64,000 nt of DNA from Gemmatimonadota bacterium (GTDB lineage Bacteria > Gemmatimonadota > Gemmatimonadetes > Gemmatimonadales > GWC2-71-9). Within the stretch, counting starts at the first letter, position 1. The number at the start of each line of letters is the position of its first letter. The stretch is from positions 14,673-78,672 of the forward strand of contig QHTK01000044.1 of NCBI GenBank assembly GCA_003220795.1. The letters run 5' to 3'. Below are positions 32,056-41,900 of the stretch, piece by piece. Both the position numbers and the translations under genes were made by a program. The notes below the pieces were generated by a model. That model ran no database searches. It saw only the letters and a list, made by a program, of their open reading frames with translations, and had not been told where the DNA came from.

Positions 32056-32146
32056 GAGGGGTCGCTGTCGCGCAAGCTCGGGCGTGTGGCGTGGCGTGTC
32101 AAGCGCGACTATCCTTCACGCAACCGAGCCCGCTCGCTCCCAACGT

Positions 32147-32386
32147 ATGCGCGTCACCATCGAATACTGTGTCGTCTGAAACTACGAGCCTCGGGCCGCC
32201 GGTCTGGCGGCCGAAATTCGTAAGGCCCACCCGCACGCGGACGTCAAGCTGATTCAATCCTCGGGCGGCGTGTTCGAAGTCGAGGTCGATGGGCGCCGCG
32301 TGTTCTCCAAGAAGGCCGTCGGGCGCCACGCCGAGGCTGGGGAAGTGCTGCGCCTGATTGAGAAGATGGCGCCGCCCGCGAGTTGA
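32147..32386 (+). CDS. SelW/SelT/SelH (Rdx) family selenoprotein, Sec at TGA 32177-32179
   Basis: MRVTIEYCVVU-NYEPRA...SSGGVFEVEVDG..VFSKK, 79 aa, with a hairpin downstream of the TGA. Confidence 0.88.
32191..32214 (+). promoter_or_regulatory. Putative bacterial SECIS element
   Basis: Stem GGCCGCC / GGCGGCC with a G-starting GGTCT loop about 22 nt after the UGA. Confidence 0.7.
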
Positions 32387-33453
32387 GAATCGCGATCTCC
32401 ACCGGCGGCGGCGACGCCCCGGGGTTGAACGCCGTGATCCGCGGGGCGGTGCTCGCCGCGATCCACCGCGGCTGGGAATGCGTCGGCATCCGGCGCGGCT
32501 ACGACGGGCTGCTCGATGAGGACCGCGTCGTGCTGCTCGACGCCAACGCCGTCCGCGGCATCACCCACCTGGGCGGCACGATCCTCGGCACGACCAACCG
32601 CGGCGACCCGTTTCGCTGGCGGAGACAGCGCGCCGACGGCACGGCTATCGAGCACGATCGGGCCGACGAGCTGGTTGCGGCGTTCCACCGAAAGGGCATC
32701 GACGCCCTCATCGCGATCGGGGGGGACGGCTCGCTGCGCATAGCGCAGCGGCTGTTCCGCGAGAAGGGGATTTCCGTCGTGGGCGTTCCCAAGACGATCG
32801 ACAACGACGTCGGCGGGACCCAGCTCACGTTCGGATTCGACACCGCAGTCCAGACGGCCACCGAGGCGATCGACAAGGTCCACTCCACCGCCGAGAGCCA
32901 CGAACGCGTGATGGTCGTGGAGGTCATGGGTCGCTACGCCGGGTGGATCGCCTTGCACTCCGGCATCTCCGGCTCCGCCGACGTGATCCTGATGCCCGAG
33001 ATCCCGTTCGACATGGGCAAGGTGTGCGAGAAGATCGCGCGGCGCGAAGCGGAAGGACGCCACTTCAGCATTGTCGTCGTGGCCGAAGGCGCCGCTCCCC
33101 GGGGCGGGACCGTTTCGCTCATCGACCCGGAGCACCAGCGCCTGGGCGGTATCGGCGACAAGGTCGCGCACTCCATCCAGGAAATGACGGGCAAAGAGAC
33201 GCGCAGCCTGGTGCTCGGGCACCTGCAGCGCGGCGGCAGCCCCACGACGTTCGACCGCCTGCTGGGCTTGCGCTTCGGCGCCGCGGCGGTGCGCGTCATC
33301 GCCGACGGGAAGTTCGGCACCATGGTGGCGCTCCGTCCCCCTACTATCGCCCCGATCTCGATCGACGAAGCGCTCGCCGCTCCGAAGACCGTACCACTCG
33401 ACTCCGACACTATCGCGACCGCGCGCGACCTGGGGATCTCCCTGGGAGACTGA
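32383..33453 (+). CDS. pfkA: 6-phosphofructokinase (probably ATP-dependent)
   Basis: TGGGDAPGLN, GGDGS, PKTIDND, EVMGR, LGHLQRGG. Confidence 0.93.
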   Translation: MRIAISTGGGDAPGLNAVIRGAVLAAIHRGWECVGIRRGYDGLLDEDRVVLLDANAVRGITHLGGTILGTTNRGDPFRWRRQRADGTAIEHDRADELVAAFHRKGIDALIAIGGDGSLRIAQRLFREKGISVVGVPKTIDNDVGGTQLTFGFDTAVQTATEAIDKVHSTAESHERVMVVEVMGRYAGWIALHSGISGSADVILMPEIPFDMGKVCEKIARREAEGRHFSIVVVAEGAAPRGGTVSLIDPEHQRLGGIGDKVAHSIQEMTGKETRSLVLGHLQRGGSPTTFDRLLGLRFGAAAVRVIADGKFGTMVALRPPTIAPISIDEALAAPKTVPLDSDTIATARDLGISLGD

Positions 33454-33494
33454 GGCACGCCGGCCGGCGCGACCAACCTATCTATATTGCGGGC

Positions 33495-36047
33495 GTGCGA
33501 GTGTCGCGCGACCACTTTCTTCCTCCCGATCCCCAGGCCTTCCTCGCCGCCGAGCCCTCGACCGGGCGGGTCGTCGTCATCGCCCCGACCCGTGCGGCGT
33601 GCGAGACGATCGAGCTGGCGTTCGGCCTGAACATCGACACCCTACTCGCGCGGGAGCACGGTGCCGACATCGACCGCCTGGCCGCCTCGGGGCGGGGGTT
33701 CGGCATCGTGGCCGGCACCGGCACTGGGAAGACGCTCGCGATCCGCTCGATCGCCCAGACCATCCTGCGGGCGCCCCTCAAGGTCGGCGTGGTGAACCGC
33801 GAGCGCGAAGCGACGCCCGAAACGCCGACCTGGAACGTGGTGATCGTCACCACGGGCATCGCCCGCCGCTGGTTCGAGGACGGCCTGATCACCGCGCGCG
33901 ACACGCTCGTCGTGGACGAAATCCATCAGACGTCGGCGGAGCTCGAGCTTTGCCTCGCGCTCGGCAAGCGGGCCCGATGCCGCTTCATCTGGCTCTCGGC
34001 GACCGTGGATCCGGCCTTCTACGCCCGCTACCTCGGCTCGGTCGAGGTGCTCGAGACCCGGGCGTTCGACCCGGCGAAGGCCGCCCAGGTGCGCGTGCTC
34101 CCCCAACAGCCGCTCGAGTTCCTGAACGAGCGCTTCGTCAAGCAGGTCATGGGGGAGCGGCGCGGCGTGGCCGTCTTCGTGCCGACCCGCGCCGAAGTCG
34201 AGCAGATCGCGCGGGAGCTGGGTGCCCGTTGGCCGGCCCTGCCCACGGCGTTCTACCACGGCGGCGAGCCGATCCGGGTCATCCGCCCCTTTCTGGACGG
34301 GGAGGTGCGGCGGCCGTTCCTCTTGGCGATGACGGCGGCCGGCCAGTCCGCCCTGAACATCCGTGGGCTCGACACGGTGGTGATCTACGACGCCCGCTAT
34401 ACCAACGTCGTGGAGCGGGGCCGCAACGTGCTGACCCGCCTGTACCTCGGGGCGAATGAAATTCTCCAGATGGCGGGCCGGGTGCACGGCCGCGTCGCAG
34501 CGGGCGAAGTGTACATCCTCTCGGACCGCGCGCTCGATTTCGAGCGGCTGGTGCCGACCCCGCCGGAATTTCAGCTCGCGGGGGACGCGGAGCGCGTCGC
34601 GATCACCTGCGCCGCGCTGGGTGTGGACGCGCAAGACCTCGACTTGCCCGTCCCGCTCGATCGGCGGGCGTATCGCGAGGCGCTGCAGCTCTTGACGGAG
34701 CGAGGCCTCATTGAGCGAGGCCGGCTGACGCGCTATGGTCGCGAGGTCGAGGCGATGCCGGTGGAGCGGCCTTGGGGCGAGCTGCTGTATCACGCGGACG
34801 GCGAGCTGACGCCCATCGTGGCGGTCGCGGCCAACATCGAGTCACTGCACCGCATGACTCGCGAGGAGCGGGAGCTGAAAGGGCTGATCGTGGCCGGGAG
34901 CGATCATCTCACGGCCTACAACGTGTTCGCCGAGGCGGTCAACAAACACGGCTACCTGGGGGAGGTCTACGGCCTGCCGCGTCACCTGTTCCGCGAGAGC
35001 GTGGATTCCTGGGCCGAGGGCCGCGGGGTGCTGGTCAAGGCGATCGAGGACGTGGCGCTCGGCACCGCGTCGGTGTACCGGCAGCTGGAGCTCGCGCTCC
35101 CCGAAAAGCTCCCCTACGCCGGCGACAAAACGCTGGCGGCCTTCGCCGACCTGGTCGCGAAGATCATGCCGTTCGACCTGGTGATCGACGAGGAGACGGC
35201 GGACGGACGCGAGGCACGGGTGAGCCGCGGGTCGGTGGCCGGCAGCTGGGGGGCGGTCGCGGGAACGCTGCGCTACTTCGCGGACCGGTTCGGCGTGCCG
35301 CGCGCGAGCATCGAAGGCACCCAGCTCCCCGAGCGTGCCTTGCGCCGCTACGCGCGGCGGGGCGCCCCCGGCGTGGTGTTCGAACGGCAGCGCCGGCGTG
35401 AGGGCCTCATGGTGGTGCGCACCGTCGAGTACTTCGGCTTCGTGCTCGAGCGTGAAGTCGAGCCGCTGCGGAGCCCGTTTCCCCCCGATCTCGCCGCTGC
35501 CGCCCGGGCGGCGCTCGTGCAGGCCCTGCTGGCGGGAGAAACGCCGCATCCCGACCAGGGGCGGATACGGAAAGCGCTCGAGCGCTTCGGCTTCTATTGG
35601 CGACGCTCGGGGGGACGGCTTGCGGACGCGGCCGGCGAGCGACTGACGGCCCGCCTCGCGGCTCAGCTCGAGGGTGTGACCTCGTGGGACGAGTTCATCA
35701 ATACGCGCCTCGCGCTCGACGTCGATGCGGCGATTCCCGAGGGCGTGCGTCATGAGCTCGACGCGCTGCCGTCCTCGATCCACTTGTACGGCGACCGCGT
35801 CCCCGTGGATTACGACGTGGATCAGGGCGCCGGCGTGATCCGGCTGCGACTCAAGGAGGGGCAGGCGCGCCGGCTCCAGCCGCGCGACCTGCCGCCGCTC
35901 GATCGTCCGGTGCGTTTTACGGTGCTGCGGGGCAAGCGTGAGGCGGTGCGAGCCGACACGCTGGAGGACCTGCGGCGCCAGCTCAGCAGTCTGTCGCGCG
36001 AGGAACGGGTGCGCCTGGTACGCGGTGGGCGGCGGCGGCGGCGCTAG
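33495..36047 (+). CDS. HrpB/DEAH-like SF2 helicase, divergent
   Basis: GTGTGKT, DEIH, SAT, QMAGR. GTG 33495 chosen because the listed ORF overlaps pfk. Confidence 0.8.
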   Translation: MRVSRDHFLPPDPQAFLAAEPSTGRVVVIAPTRAACETIELAFGLNIDTLLAREHGADIDRLAASGRGFGIVAGTGTGKTLAIRSIAQTILRAPLKVGVVNREREATPETPTWNVVIVTTGIARRWFEDGLITARDTLVVDEIHQTSAELELCLALGKRARCRFIWLSATVDPAFYARYLGSVEVLETRAFDPAKAAQVRVLPQQPLEFLNERFVKQVMGERRGVAVFVPTRAEVEQIARELGARWPALPTAFYHGGEPIRVIRPFLDGEVRRPFLLAMTAAGQSALNIRGLDTVVIYDARYTNVVERGRNVLTRLYLGANEILQMAGRVHGRVAAGEVYILSDRALDFERLVPTPPEFQLAGDAERVAITCAALGVDAQDLDLPVPLDRRAYREALQLLTERGLIERGRLTRYGREVEAMPVERPWGELLYHADGELTPIVAVAANIESLHRMTREERELKGLIVAGSDHLTAYNVFAEAVNKHGYLGEVYGLPRHLFRESVDSWAEGRGVLVKAIEDVALGTASVYRQLELALPEKLPYAGDKTLAAFADLVAKIMPFDLVIDEETADGREARVSRGSVAGSWGAVAGTLRYFADRFGVPRASIEGTQLPERALRRYARRGAPGVVFERQRRREGLMVVRTVEYFGFVLEREVEPLRSPFPPDLAAAARAALVQALLAGETPHPDQGRIRKALERFGFYWRRSGGRLADAAGERLTARLAAQLEGVTSWDEFINTRLALDVDAAIPEGVRHELDALPSSIHLYGDRVPVDYDVDQGAGVIRLRLKEGQARRLQPRDLPPLDRPVRFTVLRGKREAVRADTLEDLRRQLSSLSREERVRLVRGGRRRRR

Positions 36048-36096
36048 GGAACCTGCGGGGCGGGTGTGACCTCGGCGCGATAGGGGGGTCCTCTCT

Positions 36097-36624
36097 ATGA
36101 CGGCGGTGCTGGCTGAAACTCTGACCCTGCATCCGAGTATGCAATCAGGTATGGCACAACGAGACAAGACTACCAGCGTTCCACCTCCGCTCTCCTTCGC
36201 GCCCCTCGGCCAGGCGGTCTTGGAGTCGTTCGGCGAGGGCGTGGTGGTGTTCGACGCCTACGGCCGGATGATCTACGCGAACCAGCGCGCGCGCCGAGTA
36301 GTGGACAGTCTGGGCGACCAGACGTTCCTGCGCGGCGGTGCCCTGCGAGAGCGGCTCGTCAGCTTGGGCGGCCGGCCCCGCTCGCTGAAGCAGGGCGCGG
36401 CGGAGCTCGGTGAGGCGATCTTCCTGCCCGACGGTGATCACGCGGCGACGCTCGCGGAGCGCGAACGGCTGGCGATCCTCGACACCCTGGAGCAGACGCA
36501 CGGCAAGCTGGCCGAGACGGCCCGCCGGCTCGGCATCAGCCGCACCACTCTGTGGCGACGGCTGCGCGCCTACGGCCTCCGGCCTGACGCGCATGACAGC
36601 CGCGGACCGACGGTGCGCGCGTAA
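36097..36624 (+). CDS. PAS-like + Fis-type HTH protein (start may be 36151)
   Basis: EGVVVFDAYGRMIYAN and TLAERERLAIL..ARRLGISRTTLWRRL. Confidence 0.8.
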   Translation: MTAVLAETLTLHPSMQSGMAQRDKTTSVPPPLSFAPLGQAVLESFGEGVVVFDAYGRMIYANQRARRVVDSLGDQTFLRGGALRERLVSLGGRPRSLKQGAAELGEAIFLPDGDHAATLAERERLAILDTLEQTHGKLAETARRLGISRTTLWRRLRAYGLRPDAHDSRGPTVRA

Positions 36625-36703
36625 CGGCGCCGGGCGCGCCGCGCGGCTGGCGTCGTAGTTTCAGGTCCTCTAGCTTCCCGCTCAGGCCACCGCCCGGGAA
36701 GCT

Positions 36704-37192
36704 ATGCGCGTCGCGCCGTACGTCATCGAAGAGTATGTCCGCTGGTCGGACGTGGATTTCGCGGGCATCATCTTCTACGGCTCCTACGTGCGCTTCTTCG
36801 AGATCGCCGAGACGGAGCTGTTCCGCGCCTGCGGGCTCGCCTACGCGCAGGTGTTCGATCGCTATGACGTGTTTCTGCCCCGCAAGGCGGTGCACAGCGA
36901 GTTCTATTCGCCCGCCCGTCTGGACGACCGGCTGCGCGTCGCCACATACGTCGGGCGGATCGGCACCACGTCGCTCACGCTGAACTTCGATGTGTTCCGT
37001 GGCACCGGACGGGCTCTCATCGCGGCGGGCTGGATGGTGCTCGTCTGTGTGGACCGGAAGCAGTTGAAGCCCCGGCGGCTCCCTGCGGAGTTGGTCGAGG
37101 CGCTCGCGCCCCACACCCTGTCGCTCGAAGCCGCGCGCGCGCAGCTCGGCGCGCCGGCCCCCGCCCCCGCCCCCGCCCCCCCAACCCCCTGA
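36704..37192 (+). CDS. Acyl-CoA thioesterase (4HBT/YbgC family)
   Basis: VRWSDVDFAGIIFYGSY..FE, PARLDD. Confidence 0.88.
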   Translation: MRVAPYVIEEYVRWSDVDFAGIIFYGSYVRFFEIAETELFRACGLAYAQVFDRYDVFLPRKAVHSEFYSPARLDDRLRVATYVGRIGTTSLTLNFDVFRGTGRALIAAGWMVLVCVDRKQLKPRRLPAELVEALAPHTLSLEAARAQLGAPAPAPAPAPPTP

Positions 37193-37206
37193 ACGCGCGC
37201 GCGCTC

Positions 37207-37695
37207 GTGCTGCTGGCGCTCGGCGCCACGGCGTGCGGCAGCCGCGGAGCGGGGCCGGCGGCGCGGTTGAGCGCCCGCATCATTCGTCAGTCCCGCGACA
37301 CGCTGCGCTTCGAGGTCCCCGCCGTCGCCAACCGCTGCGGGCGTGCCATCGGAGACGGCGTGGTGCTGCAAGGCAGCGAGCACGGCAACGGCGTCCTCAT
37401 CTACCTCCGGTCCAGCGACTCGGCCGCGAGCGTTGAATTCCCGCTCATGGCACGCGCCGACAGCTCTACGCCGCGCGGCGCGATCGTTACGGCGCGCTTC
37501 CAGGCGGGTGACCTGGCGCGCGGCGTCGTCCTCGACAGCGGCACGGTGGCGGTGACGCGGGCCGGGGACGTGCTCACGGCCATCGTCCGAGGCGCGGGCG
37601 CTGAGGTCGCCGGGACGGGGCGCGTGGCCCTCGACGCGTCGTTCCAGATGCTGCGCCTGGGAGCGGACACGGTGCCGTGCACGGCGCAGCTGTGA
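37207..37695 (+). CDS. Hypothetical lipoprotein (start possibly CTG 37189)
   Basis: LGATAC lipobox and operon position. Confidence 0.55.
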   Translation: MLLALGATACGSRGAGPAARLSARIIRQSRDTLRFEVPAVANRCGRAIGDGVVLQGSEHGNGVLIYLRSSDSAASVEFPLMARADSSTPRGAIVTARFQAGDLARGVVLDSGTVAVTRAGDVLTAIVRGAGAEVAGTGRVALDASFQMLRLGADTVPCTAQL

Positions 37696-37718
37696 TCGCC
37701 CGGCGTTAGATTCCCCCC

Positions 37719-38921
37719 GTGGAGCAGACCTACTTCCGGAGAGGGTTCGGGCTGAAGGGGCGCATCGAAGGCGCCCTGACGGCCGACTACCACAGCCACG
37801 TGGTGGATCGAATCCGCGAGCACGGCTACGTGCTCGCGCTGGGTGACCTCACCTTCAAGTTGGCCGGCGAATTCGGGTTCTGCTACGGCGTCGACCGCGC
37901 CGTCGAGTACGCGTACGAGACCCGCACCAAGTTCCCCGACAAGCGCATCTTCCTCGTGGGCGAGATCATCCACAACCCGCACGTGAACTTGAAGCTGCGC
38001 GCGATGGGCGTGACGTTCCTCGAGCGCCCCGACGGGGCCGAGCTCGAGCTGAGTGGCGTGACCCCTGACGACGTCGTCATCCTTCCCGCCTTCGGCGTGA
38101 CGGTGCGCGACTTCGAGCGGCTGCGCGCGATCGGCTGCGTGCTCGTCGACACGACCTGCGGCTCCGTGCTCAACGTGTGGAAGCGGGTCGAGTCGTACGC
38201 CAAGGACGGCTTCACGGCGATCATCCACGGCAAGTCATACCACGAGGAGACGAAGGCCACCTCGAGCCAGGTGACCAAGTACACCGAGGGCCGCTACCTC
38301 GTAGTACGGGACATGGCGCAGGCACGGGACGTGTGCGACTACATCGAGTCAGCGGGGAGCAGGGAGCGGTTTCTGCAGAGCTTCGCCGGCAAGGTGTCGC
38401 CCGGCTTCGACCCGGATCGCGACCTCGTTCGGGTGGGGGTCGCGAATCAGACGACCATGCTGTCGGGTGAGTCGCTCGCCATCGCCGCGGAACTCCGGAA
38501 AAGCATGTCAAAACGTTACGGCGAAGCCGCGCTCGCCGGGCACTTCCGCACGTTCGACACGATCTGTTCGGCCACGCAAGACCGTCAGGACGCGGTCCTC
38601 AAGCTGATCGCCGAGCCGCTCGACCTGATGGTGGTGATCGGCGGCTACAACTCGAGCAATACGACTCACCTGGCCGCGATCTGCCACGAGAAGGTGCCGA
38701 CCTATCACGTCGAGGACGCGGCCTGCATCGACCCGGCAGCGGGCGCCATCCGGTTCCGCCCGGTGGGCGACCAGGAAGAGCAGCGCCGCGACGCGTGGCT
38801 GCCTGCCGGGCCGGTCACGATCGGGATCACCGCCGGCGCCTCGACCCCGAACAACAAGATCGGGGAGACGATCGTCCGGATCGCCGCGTCGCGGGGGGTC
38901 TCGCTCGACGGCGTGGCCTAG
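37719..38921 (+). CDS. ispH: 4-hydroxy-3-methylbut-2-enyl diphosphate reductase
   Basis: GFCYGVDRA, IIHN, DTTC, TICSATQDRQ, SSN, TAGASTP. Confidence 0.95.
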   Translation: MEQTYFRRGFGLKGRIEGALTADYHSHVVDRIREHGYVLALGDLTFKLAGEFGFCYGVDRAVEYAYETRTKFPDKRIFLVGEIIHNPHVNLKLRAMGVTFLERPDGAELELSGVTPDDVVILPAFGVTVRDFERLRAIGCVLVDTTCGSVLNVWKRVESYAKDGFTAIIHGKSYHEETKATSSQVTKYTEGRYLVVRDMAQARDVCDYIESAGSRERFLQSFAGKVSPGFDPDRDLVRVGVANQTTMLSGESLAIAAELRKSMSKRYGEAALAGHFRTFDTICSATQDRQDAVLKLIAEPLDLMVVIGGYNSSNTTHLAAICHEKVPTYHVEDAACIDPAAGAIRFRPVGDQEEQRRDAWLPAGPVTIGITAGASTPNNKIGETIVRIAASRGVSLDGVA

Positions 38922-38926
38922 CCAGT

Positions 38927-38948
38927 TTCGGGAAATCTTCGCCATATT
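38927..38948 (+). promoter_or_regulatory. TTCG-N7-TTCG box abutting a -10 element upstream of lhr
   Basis: TTCGGGAAATCTTCGCCATATT resembles the boxes at 49947 and 54619. Confidence 0.55.
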
Positions 38949-38954
38949 TCGTCT

Positions 38955-41900
38955 GTGCCACTCTCCGGCTTTCACCCGACGATCGCGCGCTGGTTCGGCG
39001 ACCGGTTCGCGGAGCCCACCGAACCGCAGCGGGGCGCGTGGCCCGTCATTCAGGCGGGCCGTAACGCCCTGATCGCGGCGCCTACCGGCTCGGGGAAGAC
39101 GTTCGCCGCCTTCCTGGCGGCGATCGATTCCCTGCTGCGCCAGGGACTCGAGGGGACGCTGCGGGACGAAACGCAGGTGGTGTACGTGTCGCCGCTGAAG
39201 GCGCTCTCCAACGACGTTCAGAAGAACCTGGCCGAGCCGCTCGCCGAGATCCGGCGCACGCTCGAGGGGATGTGCCTTCCCGACGTAGAAATCCGGACGG
39301 TGGTTCGTACCGGTGACACGCCGGCGGCGGAGCGGCAAGCGATGGTGCACCGGCCGCCTCACATCCTCGTCACCACGCCCGAGTCGCTGTTTCTGATCCT
39401 TACGTCCGAACGCGCGCGCGAGATGCTCCGCAGCGTGCGCACGGTGATCGTCGACGAGATCCACGCGGTGGCGCGCGACAAGCGCGGCAGCCACCTCGCG
39501 CTGTCGCTCGAGCGGCTCGAGCACCTCGCGGGCCGGCGGCTGCAGCGCATCGGGCTCTCGGCGACACAAAAGCCGATCGAAGACATCGCCCAGTTCCTGG
39601 TCGGCGCCAATCGAGCCTCGAGCCCCGACTCAGGAGCCCCAACGATCATCGACTCCGGGCACGCCCGGGCGCTCGATCTCGCCATCGAGATCCTGTCCTC
39701 CCCGCTCGAAGCCGTGATGGCGGGTGAAGTGTGGGACGAGCTGTACGACCGGCTGGCGCAGTTGATCGGCGAGCACCGCACGACGCTCGTCTTCGTGAAC
39801 ACGCGGCGCTTGGCCGAGCGGCTCACGTTGCACCTGTCCGAGCGGCTCGGCGCGGAGCACGTGACCTCGCACCACGGCAGCCTGTCCAAAGAGAAGCGGC
39901 TCGACGCGGAGACCCGGCTCAAGGAGGGCAAGCTCAAGGCGCTCGTCGCGACGGCGTCGCTCGAGCTGGGGATCGACATCGGCACGGTGGACCTGGTGTG
40001 CCAGATCGGCTCGACGCGCTCGATTGCGACGCTGCTGCAGCGCGTGGGACGCGCGGGGCATCACCTCCAGGCAATCCCCAAGGGGCGGCTGTTCCCGCTG
40101 TCGCGCGACGAGCTGATCGAATGTGCGGCGCTGCTGCGGGCGACGGCGGAGCGCCGGCTGGACCGGCTGGTGATCCCCGACCACCCGCTCGACATCCTGG
40201 CTCAGCAGATCGTCGCGGCCGCCGCGGGCGACGAATGGGACGAAGCAGCGCTGTATGACCTGGTGCGCGGCGCGTATCCGTATCGCGACCTGTCCCGCAA
40301 GGACTTCGACGACGTAGTGCAGATGTTGGCGGAGGGGTTCACCACGCGCCGGGGCCGGCGCGGCGCGTACATCCACTACGACGGGGTGAACCACCGGCTG
40401 CGCGGCCGGCGCGGCGCCCGGCTCGCCGCCATCACCTCCGGCGGCGCGATCCCCGACATTGGGGACTACCGCGTGATCCTCGAACCGACCGAGACGTTCG
40501 TCGGCACGCTGAACGAGGATTTCGCGATCGAGAGCATGCCGGGCGATATCTTCCAGCTCGGCAACAGCTCGTACCTGATCAACAGGATCGAGTCGGGGCA
40601 GGTACGGGTGGTCGACGCGCAGGGCCAGCCGCCCAGCATTCCGTTCTGGTTGGGTGAAGCGCCGGCGCGCACGCCGGAGCTCTCGGAGGAAGTCTCCCGG
40701 CTCAGGCAGGACATCGCGGACCGTCTGGGCGATCCGCCCGGCGCGATCGCCTGGCTCGTGGGCGCCGTGCCGGGGCTCCCCGAGGCGGCGGCCCGCCAGA
40801 TGGTGGAGTACCTGGACGCCGCGCAGCGGATCCTCGGCGTCATTCCGACGCAGCAGACGCTCGTGCTCGAGCGGTTCTTCGACGAGGCGGGCGGGATGCA
40901 ACTGGTGCTGCACGCGCCGTTCGGCAGCCGCGTGAACCGGGCGTGGGGCCTGGCGCTGCGCAAGCGCTTCTGTCGCAGCTTCAACTTCGAGCTGCAGGCG
41001 GCGGCAACCGAAGATGCCATTGTTTTGTCGCTCGGGCCGCAGCACAGCTTCCCACTGGATGACGTGTTTCACTACCTCAAGCCCGACACCGCCGAGCACC
41101 TCTTGGTGCAGGCGATGCTGGACGCGCCCATGTTCGGCTCGCGGTGGCGCTGGAACGCAACGCGCGCGCTCGCGGTGCTGCGCTCGCGCGGCGGCAAGAA
41201 GGTGCCGACGCCGCTGCAGCGTATGGACGCGGAGGACCTGGTCGCCGCCGTCTTCCCCGACCAGCTCGCGTGCCCCGAGAATCTGGTAGGTGACCGGGAG
41301 ATCCCCCACCATCCGCTGGTGCAGCAGACGATCGCCGACTGCCTGCTCGAGGCGATGGACTTCCCCGGTCTGAAGCGGGTGCTCGAAGGCATGGATGCGG
41401 GACGCTTCACGCTGGTGGCGCGCGACACGCCGGAGCCGTCGCCCCTGTCGCACGAGGTGTTGAACGCCAAGCCGTACGCGTTCCTGGACGACGCCCCGCT
41501 GGAAGAGCGCCGCACCCAAGCCGTGATCACCCGCCGCGGCCTCGACGTGAAGACGGCCGACGAGCTCGGCACGCTCGACCGGGATGCGATCGACCGGGTG
41601 AAGGACGAGGCGTGGCCAGAGGTCACGAGCGCCGACGAACTTCACGACGCTCTACTCGTGATCGGTGCCGTCCCGAGTGCGGAATGCGGAGTGCGGAATG
41701 CGGAATGGCAGGGCCATTTCGATGAGCTGGCCGGGCAGCGGCGGGCAGGCCAGCTCATGACGGAGCGGCCCCTGTGGGTCGCGGCCGAGCGACTGCCGAT
41801 GCTCGAGGCGGTGTTCCCCGGGGCGGCATGCGAGCCGGCGCTGGTACCGCCCGAGCGGGAGCGCGCGAAGAGCTGGACCCGCGAGGACGGGATGCGTGAG

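Noticed and set aside
32943-33494. N-terminal extension of the helicase ORF (likewise the extensions of the M14, pit, HAD, DUF1353 and DUF72-2 ORFs)
   Set aside because: They overlap upstream genes in another frame, and better starts exist downstream.
37150-37190. (GCCCCC)n run
   Set aside because: Encodes a low-complexity PAPAPAP tail of the thioesterase.
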